64,000 nucleotides of DNA from Octopus vulgaris (taxonomy: Eukaryota), in contig OX597817.1 of assembly GCA_951406725.2 (NCBI GenBank), positions 95,666,001-95,730,000 of the forward strand. Direction: 5' to 3'. Below, piece by piece: positions 40,159-53,107 of the stretch; the first letter of the stretch is position 1, and every line of letters begins with the position of its first letter. Made by a program: the position numbers and the translations under genes. The notes below the pieces were generated by a model. That model had not been told where the DNA came from and searched no databases. It was given only the letters and a program-made list of their open reading frames with translations.

Positions 40159-41049
40159 TCTTTCCTTGTCTGTCTGTTTGTTTGTTTGTTTCTTTCTGCT
40201 TCTTTCTTTGATGGTGGTAATAATGTGTGTGTGTGTGTGTGTGTGTGTGTGGTGGCGAGGGCTGTTTATTGACATGTTTTTGCAGTATCTCTTACTTTTA
40301 ATGCTGTGAATACAGTCTTGTTGTGGTGTGCCGTTTTGTATCATCGTTAGGACAACCATTGTTGACGATCTTTGCTGTCTATGTGTCTCCTCTGTATTCA
40401 ATCATTTAAATTCTTCCTCCAAAGAAGGTGCTGGTTTCTAGCAAAGATGCAAAACTCCATTGCTGGAATGTAGATAACGAAAACAATGTCACATTTTAGA
40501 CCTGAAAAATGTCTTGCGTAGTTTTACTGTTTTGCTTACAGTTTGTATCTGTAACGTGTGAATCAGTTGGTTGATTTCTTTTCCTGAATATCCAAGCTTA
40601 TCCAGACTGATAGTTAGGCGTTTACTCACAAAATCAAGTGCTCCAATTACTATTAGCATAGATATAAATTTGTAATCTGGGTATAGAATCTAGAGGTTTC
40701 GAAGCAGTTGTCCATAATTATGTATGTTTGTATGTATGTATGTATGTATGTATGTATGTATGTATGTATGTATGTATGTATGTATGTATGTATGTATGTA
40801 TGCATGTATGTATGCATGCATGTATGCATGTATGTGTGTTTCTGTATATGTATGCATGAAAATATGTATTTACCACTCTGTTTCTCTATCTCTCTTTCGT
40901 TATGTATTATAGGTATGTATATGCGTGTATGTATAAGGTCATCTCATAAACAATCTCCGAAATATCTAATATATAATTTATATCAAATTTTTACAGTATT
41001 CTATAATGTCAAGTGGTATTAATTGATACTCATATAAATTTGGAAACCT

Positions 41050-42035
41050 TTAACGTTACATATTTCTTTTTACAGAACAATTTGACTGAATTAATCACTA
41101 ATATGAACCCTTCAAAGATGGATATATCAAAGGAACATTTAAAGTACATAATGCTTAATTAGTTCAAAAAGGGAAACAGTGCAGCAGAAGCAACCCGAAA
41201 TATTCATGCTGTTTATGGGGAAGAGTGCTTGAACGAAAGAAGTTGCAGAAGATGGCTTGCAAAGTTGCCATCTTCAACAGCCTGGAACGTTGCCTAAACT
41301 CGGAAAATGGGTTCTCCTTGATTTGACAGGAGCCAATCGAAATCACTAGTGGATATCTGTTCATCTCTTCACTCTTGTGAAGGTATCTCACCATTTTTGG
41401 ACAGATTAGTGACTGGTGATGAAAAATGGACATTTTATGAAAATGTTAAGCGATGTGGAGAACAGGCTAAACCACAACCCAAAAAGACCTCCATGTAAAA
41501 AATGGTTCATTCTGTTTGTGGGGAATTGCATTAGAGTCATCCACTTTGAGCAGCTACCAACTAATGTAACAATTACTGCTTATTATCAACAGTTGGAATA
41601 TTTGGATGCTGCTTTGAAGAAAAAAAGACTTCGGCGGATCATAAGGGAGTAGTATTTCATCATAATAATGCAAGGCACCACACTGCAAAGATTGCATCGG
41701 TAAAAAAAATCGAAGAACTTGGCTAGGAAAAAATCCATCCGCGTTATTCTCCGAACTTCGTTCCTTCTTGATTATCATTTGTTTCGAATTTTACAGAATC
41801 ATTTAGATGGATTAGTACTCAAAAGCACCAAAGAAGTCGAAACTAATTTCTCTTACCTCTTCTCATAAAAACCAAAATTAATTCACCAGTGGAATTAATA
41901 ACCGGATGAGTAGATGGAAAGAAGTCCTCAATAATGATAGAAATTATATACAGGATTAAATTTCGATAAAATGTAAAATTAGATCAGTTTTTTCCTTACT
42001 CAAAATTCGGACGTTGCTTATGGGATGACCTAATA
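41050..42035 (+). mobile_element. Degenerate mariner transposon (transposase pseudogene + 3' TIR)
   Basis: FKKGNSAAEATRNIHAVYG; VTGDEKW; HNARPH; YSP..PSDYHLF, with many frameshifts. TIR ends gacctaaTA. Confidence 0.88.
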
Positions 42036-42062
42036 TACATAAATATGTGTGCACGTACATAT

Positions 42063-42262
42063 ATCTTTTAGCTTTTATTTTTTCAGCCATTGGAATGCGG
42101 CCATGCTAGAACACCGCATTGAAGTATTAAGCCAAACAAGTCGACCTCAGAACTTATTTTATTGAAGCTTGGTATTTATTCCATCGGTCTCTTTTCCGAA
42201 CAGCTAAATTACGGGGACATAAACAAACCGAAACCGATTGTCAAGCGGTGGTAGAGGCCAAT
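42063..42262 (-). mobile_element. tRNA-SINE 3' fragment
   Basis: Homologous to the tail of 20183-20593. Confidence 0.7.
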
Positions 42263-42268
42263 CACGCA

Positions 42269-42307
<39 letters not shown>

Positions 42308-42381
42308 GCATGTAAGTATGTATGTGTGTATATATATATATACGTATGTATATTTGTATACATGTATATATATATATTTAT

Positions 42382-42423
<42 letters not shown>

Positions 42424-42431
<8 letters not shown>

Positions 42432-43403
42432 AGGGATATTAGCCAACTGAATATGGCTAGGGACAGGGCAGGGTGGTGGGGGTGTCACTGTTGCATTTAG
42501 CCCCAGGCGAACATCAACGTCACCAGATAGGCCGACGCCATCACGGCGTCCTCTATCTTGCAAAGGGAGATCATTCACCAAGAAGCGGATACCACACACG
42601 GACCTAGGTTTCAAGGTGTATTGCCTATTATCAACGTGTGGTAGGCATCGCCTCTCGATGAACGACCAACCATGCAAGATATATATAAAGATTTTCAAGT
42701 AAATACATTTACTGATTTCGAAAATCTGTTCGACAGCAATAATAATTCTCTAAATGAGAGATATAGACAGTGACTGCTCCATAATATAAGGGATATTAGC
42801 CAACTGAATATGGCTAGGGACAGGGCAGGGTGGTAGAGGTGTCACTGTTGCATTTAGCCCCAGGCGAACATCAACGTCACCAGATAGACCGACGCCATCA
42901 CGGCGTCCTCTATCTTGCAAAGGGAGATCATTCACCAAGAAGCGGATACCACACACGGACCTAGGTTTCAAGGTGTATTGCCTATTATCAACGTGTGGTA
43001 GGCATCGCCTCTCGATGAACGACCAACCATGCAAGATATATATAAAGATTTTCAAGTAAATACATTTACTGATTTCGAAAATCTGTTCGACAGCAATAAT
43101 ATATATCTTGCATGGTTGGTCGTTCATCGAGAGGCGATGCCTACCACACGTTGATAATAGGCAATACACCTTGAAACCTAGGTCCGTGTGTGGTATCCGC
43201 TTCTTGGTGAATGATCTCCCTTTGCAAGATAGAGGACGCCGTGATGGCGTCGGCCTATCTGGTGACGTTGATGTTCGCCTGGGGCTAAATGCAACAGTGA
43301 CACCCCCACCACCCTGCCCTGTCCCTAGCCATATTCAGTTGGCTAATATCCCTTATATTATGGAGCAGTCACTGTCTATATCTCATTTAGATAATTATTA
43401 TTG

Positions 43404-43405
<2 letters not shown>
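42424..43405. repeat. Retrozyme-like 357-bp HHR repeat: two head-to-tail units (-) plus one inverted partial unit (+), inside (TA)n
   Basis: Units start at 42424 and 42781, inverted copy at 43100-43405; copies nearly identical. Confidence 0.9.
43145..43190 (+). ncRNA. Type I hammerhead with U3-A8 core (copies at 42595-42640 and 42952-42997, -)
   Basis: cacacg-TTGATAA-t agg caataca cct t-GAAA-cctagg-TC-cgtgtg. Confidence 0.8.
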
Positions 43406-43454
<49 letters not shown>

Positions 43455-43456
<2 letters not shown>

Positions 43457-44593
43457 AATATATAAAACAAAGTGGAGTTGTATGGTACCGCACGAGTGGA
43501 ATTATATATGAAAGAAGGTTTGAAAATGCAATTTTAAAAGATGTTTATTTACTTTACCGGTTTCACTTTTTAGAAAAAGATTGTCAAAAGTAACATGTAA
43601 AAGCTTGGTTGTGTTAGTAACTGGTTGTCACAAAATACTACAATACATATATATATTCTTTGATAACAAGAACATGTTAAGAACAGTTTACAAGGGGAAA
43701 TCTTGGGAAAATATAAAAACGTTTAACAAGTTCATCAAAATATTGGGCACAAAAGCTTGGTTGTGCCAGGTACTGGTTGTCACAAAATATTACAATATAC
43801 ATATACATTCCTTGATAATAAGAACATATTAAGAACAGCTTACAAGGGAAAATCTTGGGAAAATATAAAATAGTTTAACAAGTTCATTAAAATATTGGGC
43901 ACAAAAGATTACAACATATATATACATTCTCAAGAAAATGTTAAAGATAGTTTCCAGAAGGAATTATTAAAAAGTTCAGTGGAATATTGGTATTATATCT
44001 GTATATATATACACACACAGAATATTATAAGTTCAAAAAAGTTTACAGCTTAAACTGACCTGGTTCACCATGTTATTGTAAAAGACTATTTTTAATTTCA
44101 AGGGACAGTGTAGGTGTGTTTGGGTGGGGGAAGGAAGAGTAATGTGGAACTGAAAAGAAGTTTTTTGTCTCTCCTTCAAGCATCAATGATTTGGGGGATT
44201 GGTCTTTAGAGGTCAGAATGGTGCGAGTGTGTGTGTCTGTGTGTGTGTATATACATATACATGTATTTGTGTTTGTGTACGTGGGCCGTTTTTGATTGGT
44301 CCCAGGGTCCATTGTGGTGTAAATAGATGTGTCTGTGTGTGATTTTAAAAATTTGGTAGCAAGGTGTGTGTATATGTGTGCCCGTTTGTATGTGTGTGGT
44401 TAGTGTTTGTTAGACTATTGCGTGTGTGCTAGTGTGTGTATATGTGTTTGACGTATGTGTGTCCATGTGTGTTGGGTTTATCTGGGTGGCGTGTGTGTGT
44501 GTATATATGCGTTTTTGTGTGTTGGTATTTAGTATGTGTTTGTGTGTGTGTGTGAATGTGTGGGTATGGTTCATGTAGTTCTGTAGTTTCCGG

Positions 44594-44639
<46 letters not shown>

Positions 44640-46160
44640 TTTTGTTTGTGTGAATGTGATTTGTAATTTCGGGGTGGTGTGTGTAGGTGTGTGAATGTCC
44701 GTGTTCACATGTGTATATATGTGTGAAAGTGTTGGTTATGGATGCTAAAATCTTATTGCAAGTGTATATGTATATGTGCTTTTTTCCTGGGATGTGTGAG
44801 GGTTTGTGTTCTAGTGTGAGGATATTGTGTTTGTGCAAGTGTATTTGCGTCGGGGGTTAGCATTGTTTTTTTGTGTGTGTGATTTTGTATATCTGTATGT
44901 GTTTCAGTATGTGTTTGTTTTGGATGTGTGCCTGGGAGGGGGGTATGTTAGAGTATGTTTAGTTGTGGTCTGTAGTTTTGAATAAGATTATTTTCCCTAT
45001 TTATTCGTGTTTGGTCTGTGGTGTTATTCGGGAATAGTGGGGAAACTAAGAATTTGGAGTACTTATTGTGTGCACAGAGGTCTAAGTGTCCACTAAGTGG
45101 TATCTGTCTTGCCGTGGGGTCCATCAGTTGTTGGCGGTGAACTGTCATCCTTTCTCTGAGGGTAAGGCTCGTTTGCCCTATGTAGTCTTTGTGGCACCCT
45201 TCACACCTTTTGACATAGAGTAAATCTTTTGATGCGCAGGTGAAATTAATTTTTATGACAAAAGTGTGTCCCGACTGGAATGTGTACGCTGATCCTTCAA
45301 TGAGGTGGATACAAGTCCTGCAGTTGGAACGACCACATTTTTTTACGGTGGGCGGTGGGTTTGTGTTGTGTAATTTTGCATTGGTGAGTAGGTTTTTTAG
45401 GGATTTGGGTTGTCTTTTACTTTTTATTATTTTATGGGCTGCGAGTAATTTATTTTAGACGTGGGTCTTGATTTAGTTGTGGAATGTTGTTGTATATAAC
45501 TGTGTAAGCTTCTGCATTTCTTACATTGTGTGTTGAGAGATAGGGGAGACTATTTACTGTACTGTGGGTGTGTTTTGGTTTTCGTAAGTCTTGTGTGTTA
45601 ATTGATTTGGCCCGTTTTATTTCGTGTCCACTAGTGATGCTGGGTAATGTCTTTCGAGGAGAATTGCCCTTAGTTCTCGGAGTCTTTTAGCTGTGTCATT
45701 TGAGACAATTGTGCAGATTCTTCTCGCTAGTTTGAAGGGGATATTTGTCTTTGTGTGCTTTGGGTGATTGGAGGTGAATAGAAGGTATTGTTTAGAATCA
45801 GTGGGTTTGTAATGGATGTCAGTTTCAATGTTGATGCCTTTTTTTAATGATTAGAATGTCAAGAAAAGGGAGTTGGTCCTGACTATATTCCATTGTGAAT
45901 TGGATGTGGTTGTTTACACTGTTGATAAGGTTTTTGAAGTCAATAAGTTGGTCGAGTGTATGGGATCATAGGATGAGGCAATCATCTAAGTAGCGTTTCC
46001 AATTCTCCCACAGGTATTTGTGGCAAGACTGGCCGTGCTTATATTTGGATTTTTCATAAATATGTGATTCCAGGTAGACCATCACCAGGTTTGCAACTTT
46101 CGTACCCATTGCAGTTCCTGAAACCTCTCTGTAAGTGTTATTATTAAAATTCATAAAGTT
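43455..46160 (-). mobile_element. Degenerate Neptune-type PLE (RT + GIY-YIG, long 3'UTR with 151-bp tandem repeats at 43601-43901)
   Basis: GTAMGT, RYLDD, PFLDI, SNHP; KCGRSNCRTC; LLYVKRCEGC..YIGQT...RMTVHRQQ. Confidence 0.88.
43549..43593 (-). ncRNA. Type I hammerhead with U3-A8 core at PLE 3' end
   Basis: ttactt-TTGACAA-t ctttt tcta aaaag t-GAAA-ccgg-TA-aagtaa. Confidence 0.75.
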
Positions 46161-46164
46161 TTTT

Positions 46165-47235
<1,071 letters not shown>

Positions 47236-47462
47236 ATTGTTAGTCAACTTGATTGTGTCATTAACCGATCAGTGAAACAACCAGCTGGTTTGTCAGTATC
47301 CATTCATTGCTTTTCGAGTAAAGAGAATATGTCAGTCATGAGATGGTGAATCACGACGAAAGTACTCTGTCAGACCTACTGAATATTGAGTGATCGAACG
47401 ATTAATGAAAGCAGTGATTAATTAATCGATGAATTAGCTTACTAGTTGACGAATAATAAGAA

Positions 47463-47810
47463 AAAGAAACTTGTTTGACATTATCAAAATATCATTCCCT
47501 AGATACATGTTTTAACACACGATTTCCTATTAAGAATTTTACATAATAAAAGCAAAGAACGATACCCCCCACACATATCTTGTTGTTCCTTCACCTGTCT
47601 TCATCTTTTGGTTTCTGTAAATTTGGACTATATATATATATATAGTCCAAATTTACAGAAACCAAAAGATGAAGACAGGTGAAGGAACAACAAGATATGT
47701 GTGGGGGGTATCGTTCTTTGCTTTTATTATGTAAAATTCTTAATAGGAAATCGTGTGTTAAAACATGTATCTAGGGAATGATATTTTGATAATGTCAAAC
47801 AAGTTTCTTT
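47463..47810. repeat. 348-bp spacerless palindrome centred on (TA)8
   Basis: Arms are reverse complements about position 47636/47637. Confidence 0.95.
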
Positions 47811-48656
47811 AAAAACACAAAAAACGTTAGATTCACTTCAATATTTAAATATAATTTGTCAAAACATTTTCGTCGCTTTGAAACCGCGACCTATTCACTG
47901 ACAAAATTCCGTGCTGCAACACGCATATCAAGCTACTACCTCCTGCTGCCCACTACCTAGAACTCTCATGAGTAAAAGAGAGACAGAGACAGACAGAAAA
48001 AGGAAAATCTCCCTTGCATTTGAAAACTATGGAAATATTTTAAAAAACATTTCTTTTAATTTTTCCACAATTTAATTGCTTTTCATTTTTTTTAATCTAA
48101 GTTGAAAAGTCGCAAAGACTGAAAGCGGTACTAAAATTTTCTTCATGATAAAATTATTTTAGCATTTTCTACTTTGTCTTATTTTCCTTATACATATCAA
48201 CTCGTTTGTTCCTTTTCAACCTTATATATATATATAAGGTTGAAAAGGAACAAACGAGTTGATATGTATAAGGAAAATAAGACAAAGTAGAAAATGCTAA
48301 AATAATTTTATCATGAAGAAAATTTTAGTACCGCTTTCAGTCTTTGCGACTTTTTCAACTTAGATTTAAAAAAAAATGAAAAGCAATTAAATTGTGGAAA
48401 AATTAAAAGAAATGTTTTTTAAAATATTTCCATAGTTTTCAAATGCAAGGGAGATTTTCCTTTTTCTGTCTGTCTCTGTCTCTCTTTTTTACTCATGAGA
48501 GTTCTAGGTAGTGGGCAGCAGGAGGTAGTAGCTTGATATGCGTGTTGCAGCACGGAATTTTGTCAGTGAATAGGTCGCGGTTTCAAAGCGACGAAAATGT
48601 TTTGACAAATTATATTTAAATATTGAAGTGAATCTAACGTTTTTTGTGTTTTTAAA
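47808..48656. repeat. ~850-bp near-perfect palindrome centred on a short (TA)n; right arm continues as a pLTR-like repeat to 48748
   Basis: Centre ~48229/48230; arms differ mainly in homopolymer lengths. Confidence 0.93.
48559..48609 (+). ncRNA. Candidate hammerhead with G3-(C/U)8 core (copies at 47855-47905 -, 29066-29116 -, 51497-51541 + deleted)
   Basis: tttgtca-GTGAA(T/C)A-g gtcgc...gcgac-GAAA-at(a/g)t-TT-tgacaaa. Confidence 0.6.
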
Positions 48657-48744
48657 TGGCTTATAAACACCTTTCACGCTGCAATTGTTTTTATTTCAGC
48701 ACACGATCTCAGATTAGGTCACTTGCTAAGCAAGTACATCTCCG

Positions 48745-48831
<87 letters not shown>

Positions 48832-48857
48832 TGTGTGTGTGTGTGAAAGAGGGATAG

Positions 48858-48943
<86 letters not shown>

Positions 48944-48949
48944 GGATAG

Positions 48950-50665
48950 GTTAGCTGTCCATAAGTAAGATGAAAAGAATTCTCAAAAAAAAAAAAGGAA
49001 AGAAATTGAGCGGTTATACTTTTATATTTTCGAGCAGTATATTCCTGGTTATGTTTTATGGGCGGTCTGAAAGTTACTGAGGCATATTTTTATTGTATGG
49101 TGTATCAGAGATTTATTCTTTCAATTTTATTGCTTGGAGTTTTTTACAATTATTTCTTGAGCACTTTCAGGTTATTCTTCGCATTTTTGTTATTCTTTGT
49201 GCTTTCCTTGCATCTCTTTCGTACAGAATAGATAACCAATTGTTTCACTTGGCTCGAGACCCATACTGAGACTCCGGCAACGCTTTCCGAGATAACTAGG
49301 AGACATTTCAACAGTATGCTGGCGAAGGTTTTGCTTAGGACGAAGAAGTGGAATACGCCAAGGTAGTTCCTACAAACGTTGCGATTTCCTTTCTTAAAAA
49401 TTGTAACAAAGGCATTCATTAGATCTACAGGTACTATATGCTTCCCAAGTTTTCAGGTTGAAGTTCAATAACCTTTTTCTTATAGACTGGCTACCATTTC
49501 AGATGAATTCCACGATGGCATGACAGAATGACTGACATATCAAAACAACACATCAGAAGATTTCCCGATCATCAACGCTATAAAGCAGTGTATGTACTAG
49601 CCCAACCTCGTTCAGTGTGTACCTTACAACCTTGCTCTACGAAATTCCACTTCAAGGATGGAGTGCTGTTTCGACTCTTTATTTTGTCGATCACAAAAAC
49701 TGATCTACAGCACTCGTGTCACTGCACTGTGGTACACCGACGACAATATCTCGCCAGCTTATTCACTTCAAGAAATTCAGGAATCGGTCAACAAAAATGC
49801 GTATGTACGTTTCGGTCTGACAATCAACATCCAGAAGACCAAAATACTTGCGCAACCTGCTCCACTGTCAATCATTCCAGATTTCAACATCACTATTTCC
49901 GACACATCATAGAAGCAAGTAGCTCACTTCCTTACCAAGTTGTTCATGTTACATTCGGGAAACTCTTTCTGCATGTCTTCGGAAACGAGAATCTTAAATT
50001 ACAAGTCAAGCTCATGGTGTATCAAGCCGTAGTTGTTTCCACTTTACCTGCGACATATGAGGGGTTGGGTTAGGGTTAGGGTTGTTAGAGGTGGAACGAT
50101 TTCATTAACAAAAACTGCGATCAGTTATGAATATCAGATGAGATTACTATGTCAACTACTTTGCAGTCCTTGAACGGATCAAAGCTAACAATACCGAGGT
50201 CATTATCATTAATCCTTACCTCAAACGTGGAGGTCATATCCACACATGAATAGCGACAGAATGCTACGTGAAATCCTTTACCGCAAACTTAGCATCGGCA
50301 AGAGATTATGAAGCAGATCCAAGAAACGCTATAAAGACGAACAAAAATGACAATAAGGAGCATCAACATCTTCCCTAAATCCTAGTAGTAATACGCAGAC
50401 GACTGAACCAGGTAAAGTCACATCATCAAGAGATGCACAGAACATTTTGGAGAACATTGTCAAAGAAATGAAGAAGATAAACGGCTATGACGAAAATCTT
50501 GCCAACCCCAACTAAGGCCTCCAGCAACCAAAATATTTTACCTCTACGAACAAAAATCGGTCTTGTCAGTTTCAGTTATCAAAGACACCGTCATAAATAC
50601 AAAAGCAGATACGAAGGAGGAAATACCCAGAAGCAAAGAGGAACCCAAGACGACGACGATACTAT
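48950..50665 (+). mobile_element. Degenerate RTE-clade LINE with inverted 5' segment (~48950-49495 on -, 49495-50665 on +)
   Basis: Minus: FVTIFKKGNR..CRNYLG. Plus: FHDGM...YTDD...RFGLTINIQKTK...KLMVYQAVVVSTL. Confidence 0.8.
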
Positions 50666-50825
50666 GAGCTAGAAAATGAGAAAAATATGCATGTGCCTGA
50701 ATATGTGCATGAGTATATGCTTGCATGCATGTAATTTGTGTGCGTGCTTGTGTGTATGCTTTTATACGTCTGTATGTACATATATCTGCATGTATATATA
50801 AATATGCACATGTGCACATATGTAG

Positions 50826-51385
50826 GGTGTAAGAATAAAATTACCGGTATTTTGTTTCTTTTGGCCACATTTTCGAGCATTTCAAAAAACGAATTTCGAA
50901 AGCAGTTAAACGTTGTTGAAAATATCGTTCGTAGTCCGTAGCTATATTTCTACTTAAACACAAATATAAACCTGTTTGCTGTGATAGTAACAACAAAACG
51001 GAACTTATTAGAGGGATTGCAAGCATCCAACATATAGGTAGTGGTACTAGAACTGCTAATGCAAGGTATGATTTTTGGAATCAAATGTAGACTACATCAA
51101 GACTTAAAGTCGACCGTGTTGTTGTTGCGCTTACTGATGGTCTCTCGAGTAATGATGAAATAATGAAGAAGGAAGCAAAGTCTCTAAAAAATTCCGGAGT
51201 GAAAATATTTATAGTTGATGTCAGTCCTGCTCTTAAAAGTGAAATGTTACAAGATATTTCGAGTGAACCATACGAAGAATTTGCCCACAGCTTCGAAAGT
51301 TTTGACGTTCTCCTTGCTAAATATGGACTCTTTACTTATAAGACTTGTAGAAGAGTTCAAGAAGAAACGACTTTTACAAAACAAG
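50826..51385 (+). pseudogene. Pseudo-exon paralogous to VWA exon 27918-28514
   Basis: CKNKITGILFLL...TDG...SFESFDVLL..YG..C. MIDAS lost, frameshifts and stops present, donor CAAG|gtaaag retained. Confidence 0.88.
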
Positions 51386-52094
51386 GTAAAGTTTTTTTGT
51401 TATTTGCTAAAAAGTAACTCATTCTTCTTTTGTGCAAACTATTTTATAACTATTGTTGATGAGGAGATATTTATGAATGCTGATGCAGCACGGATTTTTG
51501 TCAGTGAAGCGGTCTTAAAGCGACGAAAATATTTTGACAAATTAAACTTAAATGTTGAAGTGAATCGAACGGCTTTTGTGTGTTTCTTAAATGGCTTACA
51601 AACACCTTCCACGCTGCAATTGTTTTCGTTTCAGCACACGATCTCAGATCAAATCACTTGCTATGCAAGTACATCTCAGCTATAAATGTTGTTTCTGTGG
51701 AAACTAAGTGGAAAAGATCGGCTATACCACCTTTCTCAATAAAATTAGCTTTGTCTCTTGTAACTAGCATTTCCAATAACTGTTTTATGATCTTTGTGTA
51801 ATTATTAATTCAAAAGGTAGTTTTTAAAATTAATTATACACTTAAAAGTTCAGCATTCTCCCCAATAATTGCTTTGTCTTTGATTTCCATTTTCTTCTTC
51901 ATTTTTGCATTATTGATTCATTCCTTCTATCATGTTATTTCATTCTTATTAATCTCAGATAAACAAGTACATTAAAATGTTCCATTAGAATAGGCGTATG
52001 CGTGGTTGTATGGTAAGAAGTTTGCTTCCCAGCCACAGAGTTCCGTGTTCAGTTCCACTGCATCGTACATTGGCCTTGTAACTGAAGCCCGTCC

Positions 52095-52422
52095 TATGTA
52101 TGTATGTATGTATGTATGTATGTATGTATGTATGTATGTATGTATGTATGTATGTATGTATGTATGTATGTATGTATGTATGTATGTATGTATGTATGTA
52201 TGTATGTATGTATGTATGTATGTATGTATGTATGTATGTATGTATGTATGTATGTATGTATGTATGTATGTATGTATGTATGTATGTATGTATGTATGTA
52301 TGTATGTATGTATGTATGTATGTATGTATGTATGTATGTATGTATGTATGTATGTATGTATGTATGTATGTATGTATGTATGTATGTATGTATGTATGTA
52401 TGTATGTATGTATGTATGTATG
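52095..52422. repeat. Long perfect (TATG)n microsatellite (~330 bp)
   Basis: Direct reading. Confidence 0.98.
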
Positions 52423-53107
52423 TGCAACTCGAGATTTCTCAAAAGTGGCTGTCCCCTCATGCACAATCCTTCTCCACCTGCTACGATCAATAGCTATGCC
52501 TTCCCATGTGTCAGGAGAGACGCAAGCATCTCGTAAGGAAGCCTTCAGCAAGTCCTTACACCTCTTTTTTGGTTTATGTGGAGGTCGTTCTCCTTTAGCT
52601 AACTCTCCATAAAAGAGTTGTTTTGGCATCCTTGAATCCTTCATCCTGACGAGATGACCACTCCATCTGAGCCTTTGCTTTAACACAAGAGCTTCTATAC
52701 TTTCACACCGAGAGCCTTCCAATATTTGATGCTGACATGCAATGTCTGTGCAAGACCCTGCCTCAGTAAAGCTGGACTCAAGTGTCATCTTCGTAGTCAT
52801 AAAACGAGACAGATGAGTGACAACCTGGCCACTGGTGGTGGTGTAACACGCCATACTAATCATATCTGTCGGGCATGTGGAAGAGAGTGTAATTCGGCAG
52901 GAGGACTTAAACGACATGCAAAGGTACATGAAGCCCAGTTACAACTACAGCCGGCTATTACCAGTAAAGGTTTTAGTTGCCAATTCTGTACAAGGCATTG
53001 TAGATCTTTAGCTGGGCTAAAAAGTCACATTCGATCACAGCACCAGTAACAGTTAAGCTTCGTGCAATGGCCATAGTCGATAACGAGGGGGCCGCCATAA
53101 TAATAAC
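52423..53107 (+). mobile_element. RTE-clade 3' fragment with 5' inversion; C-terminal three C2H2 fingers; (TAA) tail
   Basis: Minus 52725-52423: RLRWSGHLVRMKDSRMPKQLFYGEL. Plus 52728-53049: three CxxC-x12-HxxxH fingers. Confidence 0.85.

Noticed and set aside
42378-43593. Three ORFs with repeated LHGWSFIERRC peptide
   Set aside because: Incidental frames across the 357-bp repeat running into TA tracts; no recognisable domain.
43601-43920. Repeats as a CRISPR-like array
   Set aside because: 151-bp tandem units without unique spacers, in a eukaryotic PLE UTR.
51985-52929. 314-aa ORF
   Set aside because: Chimera of antisense zinc-finger tail, RTE fragment and (TATG)n.
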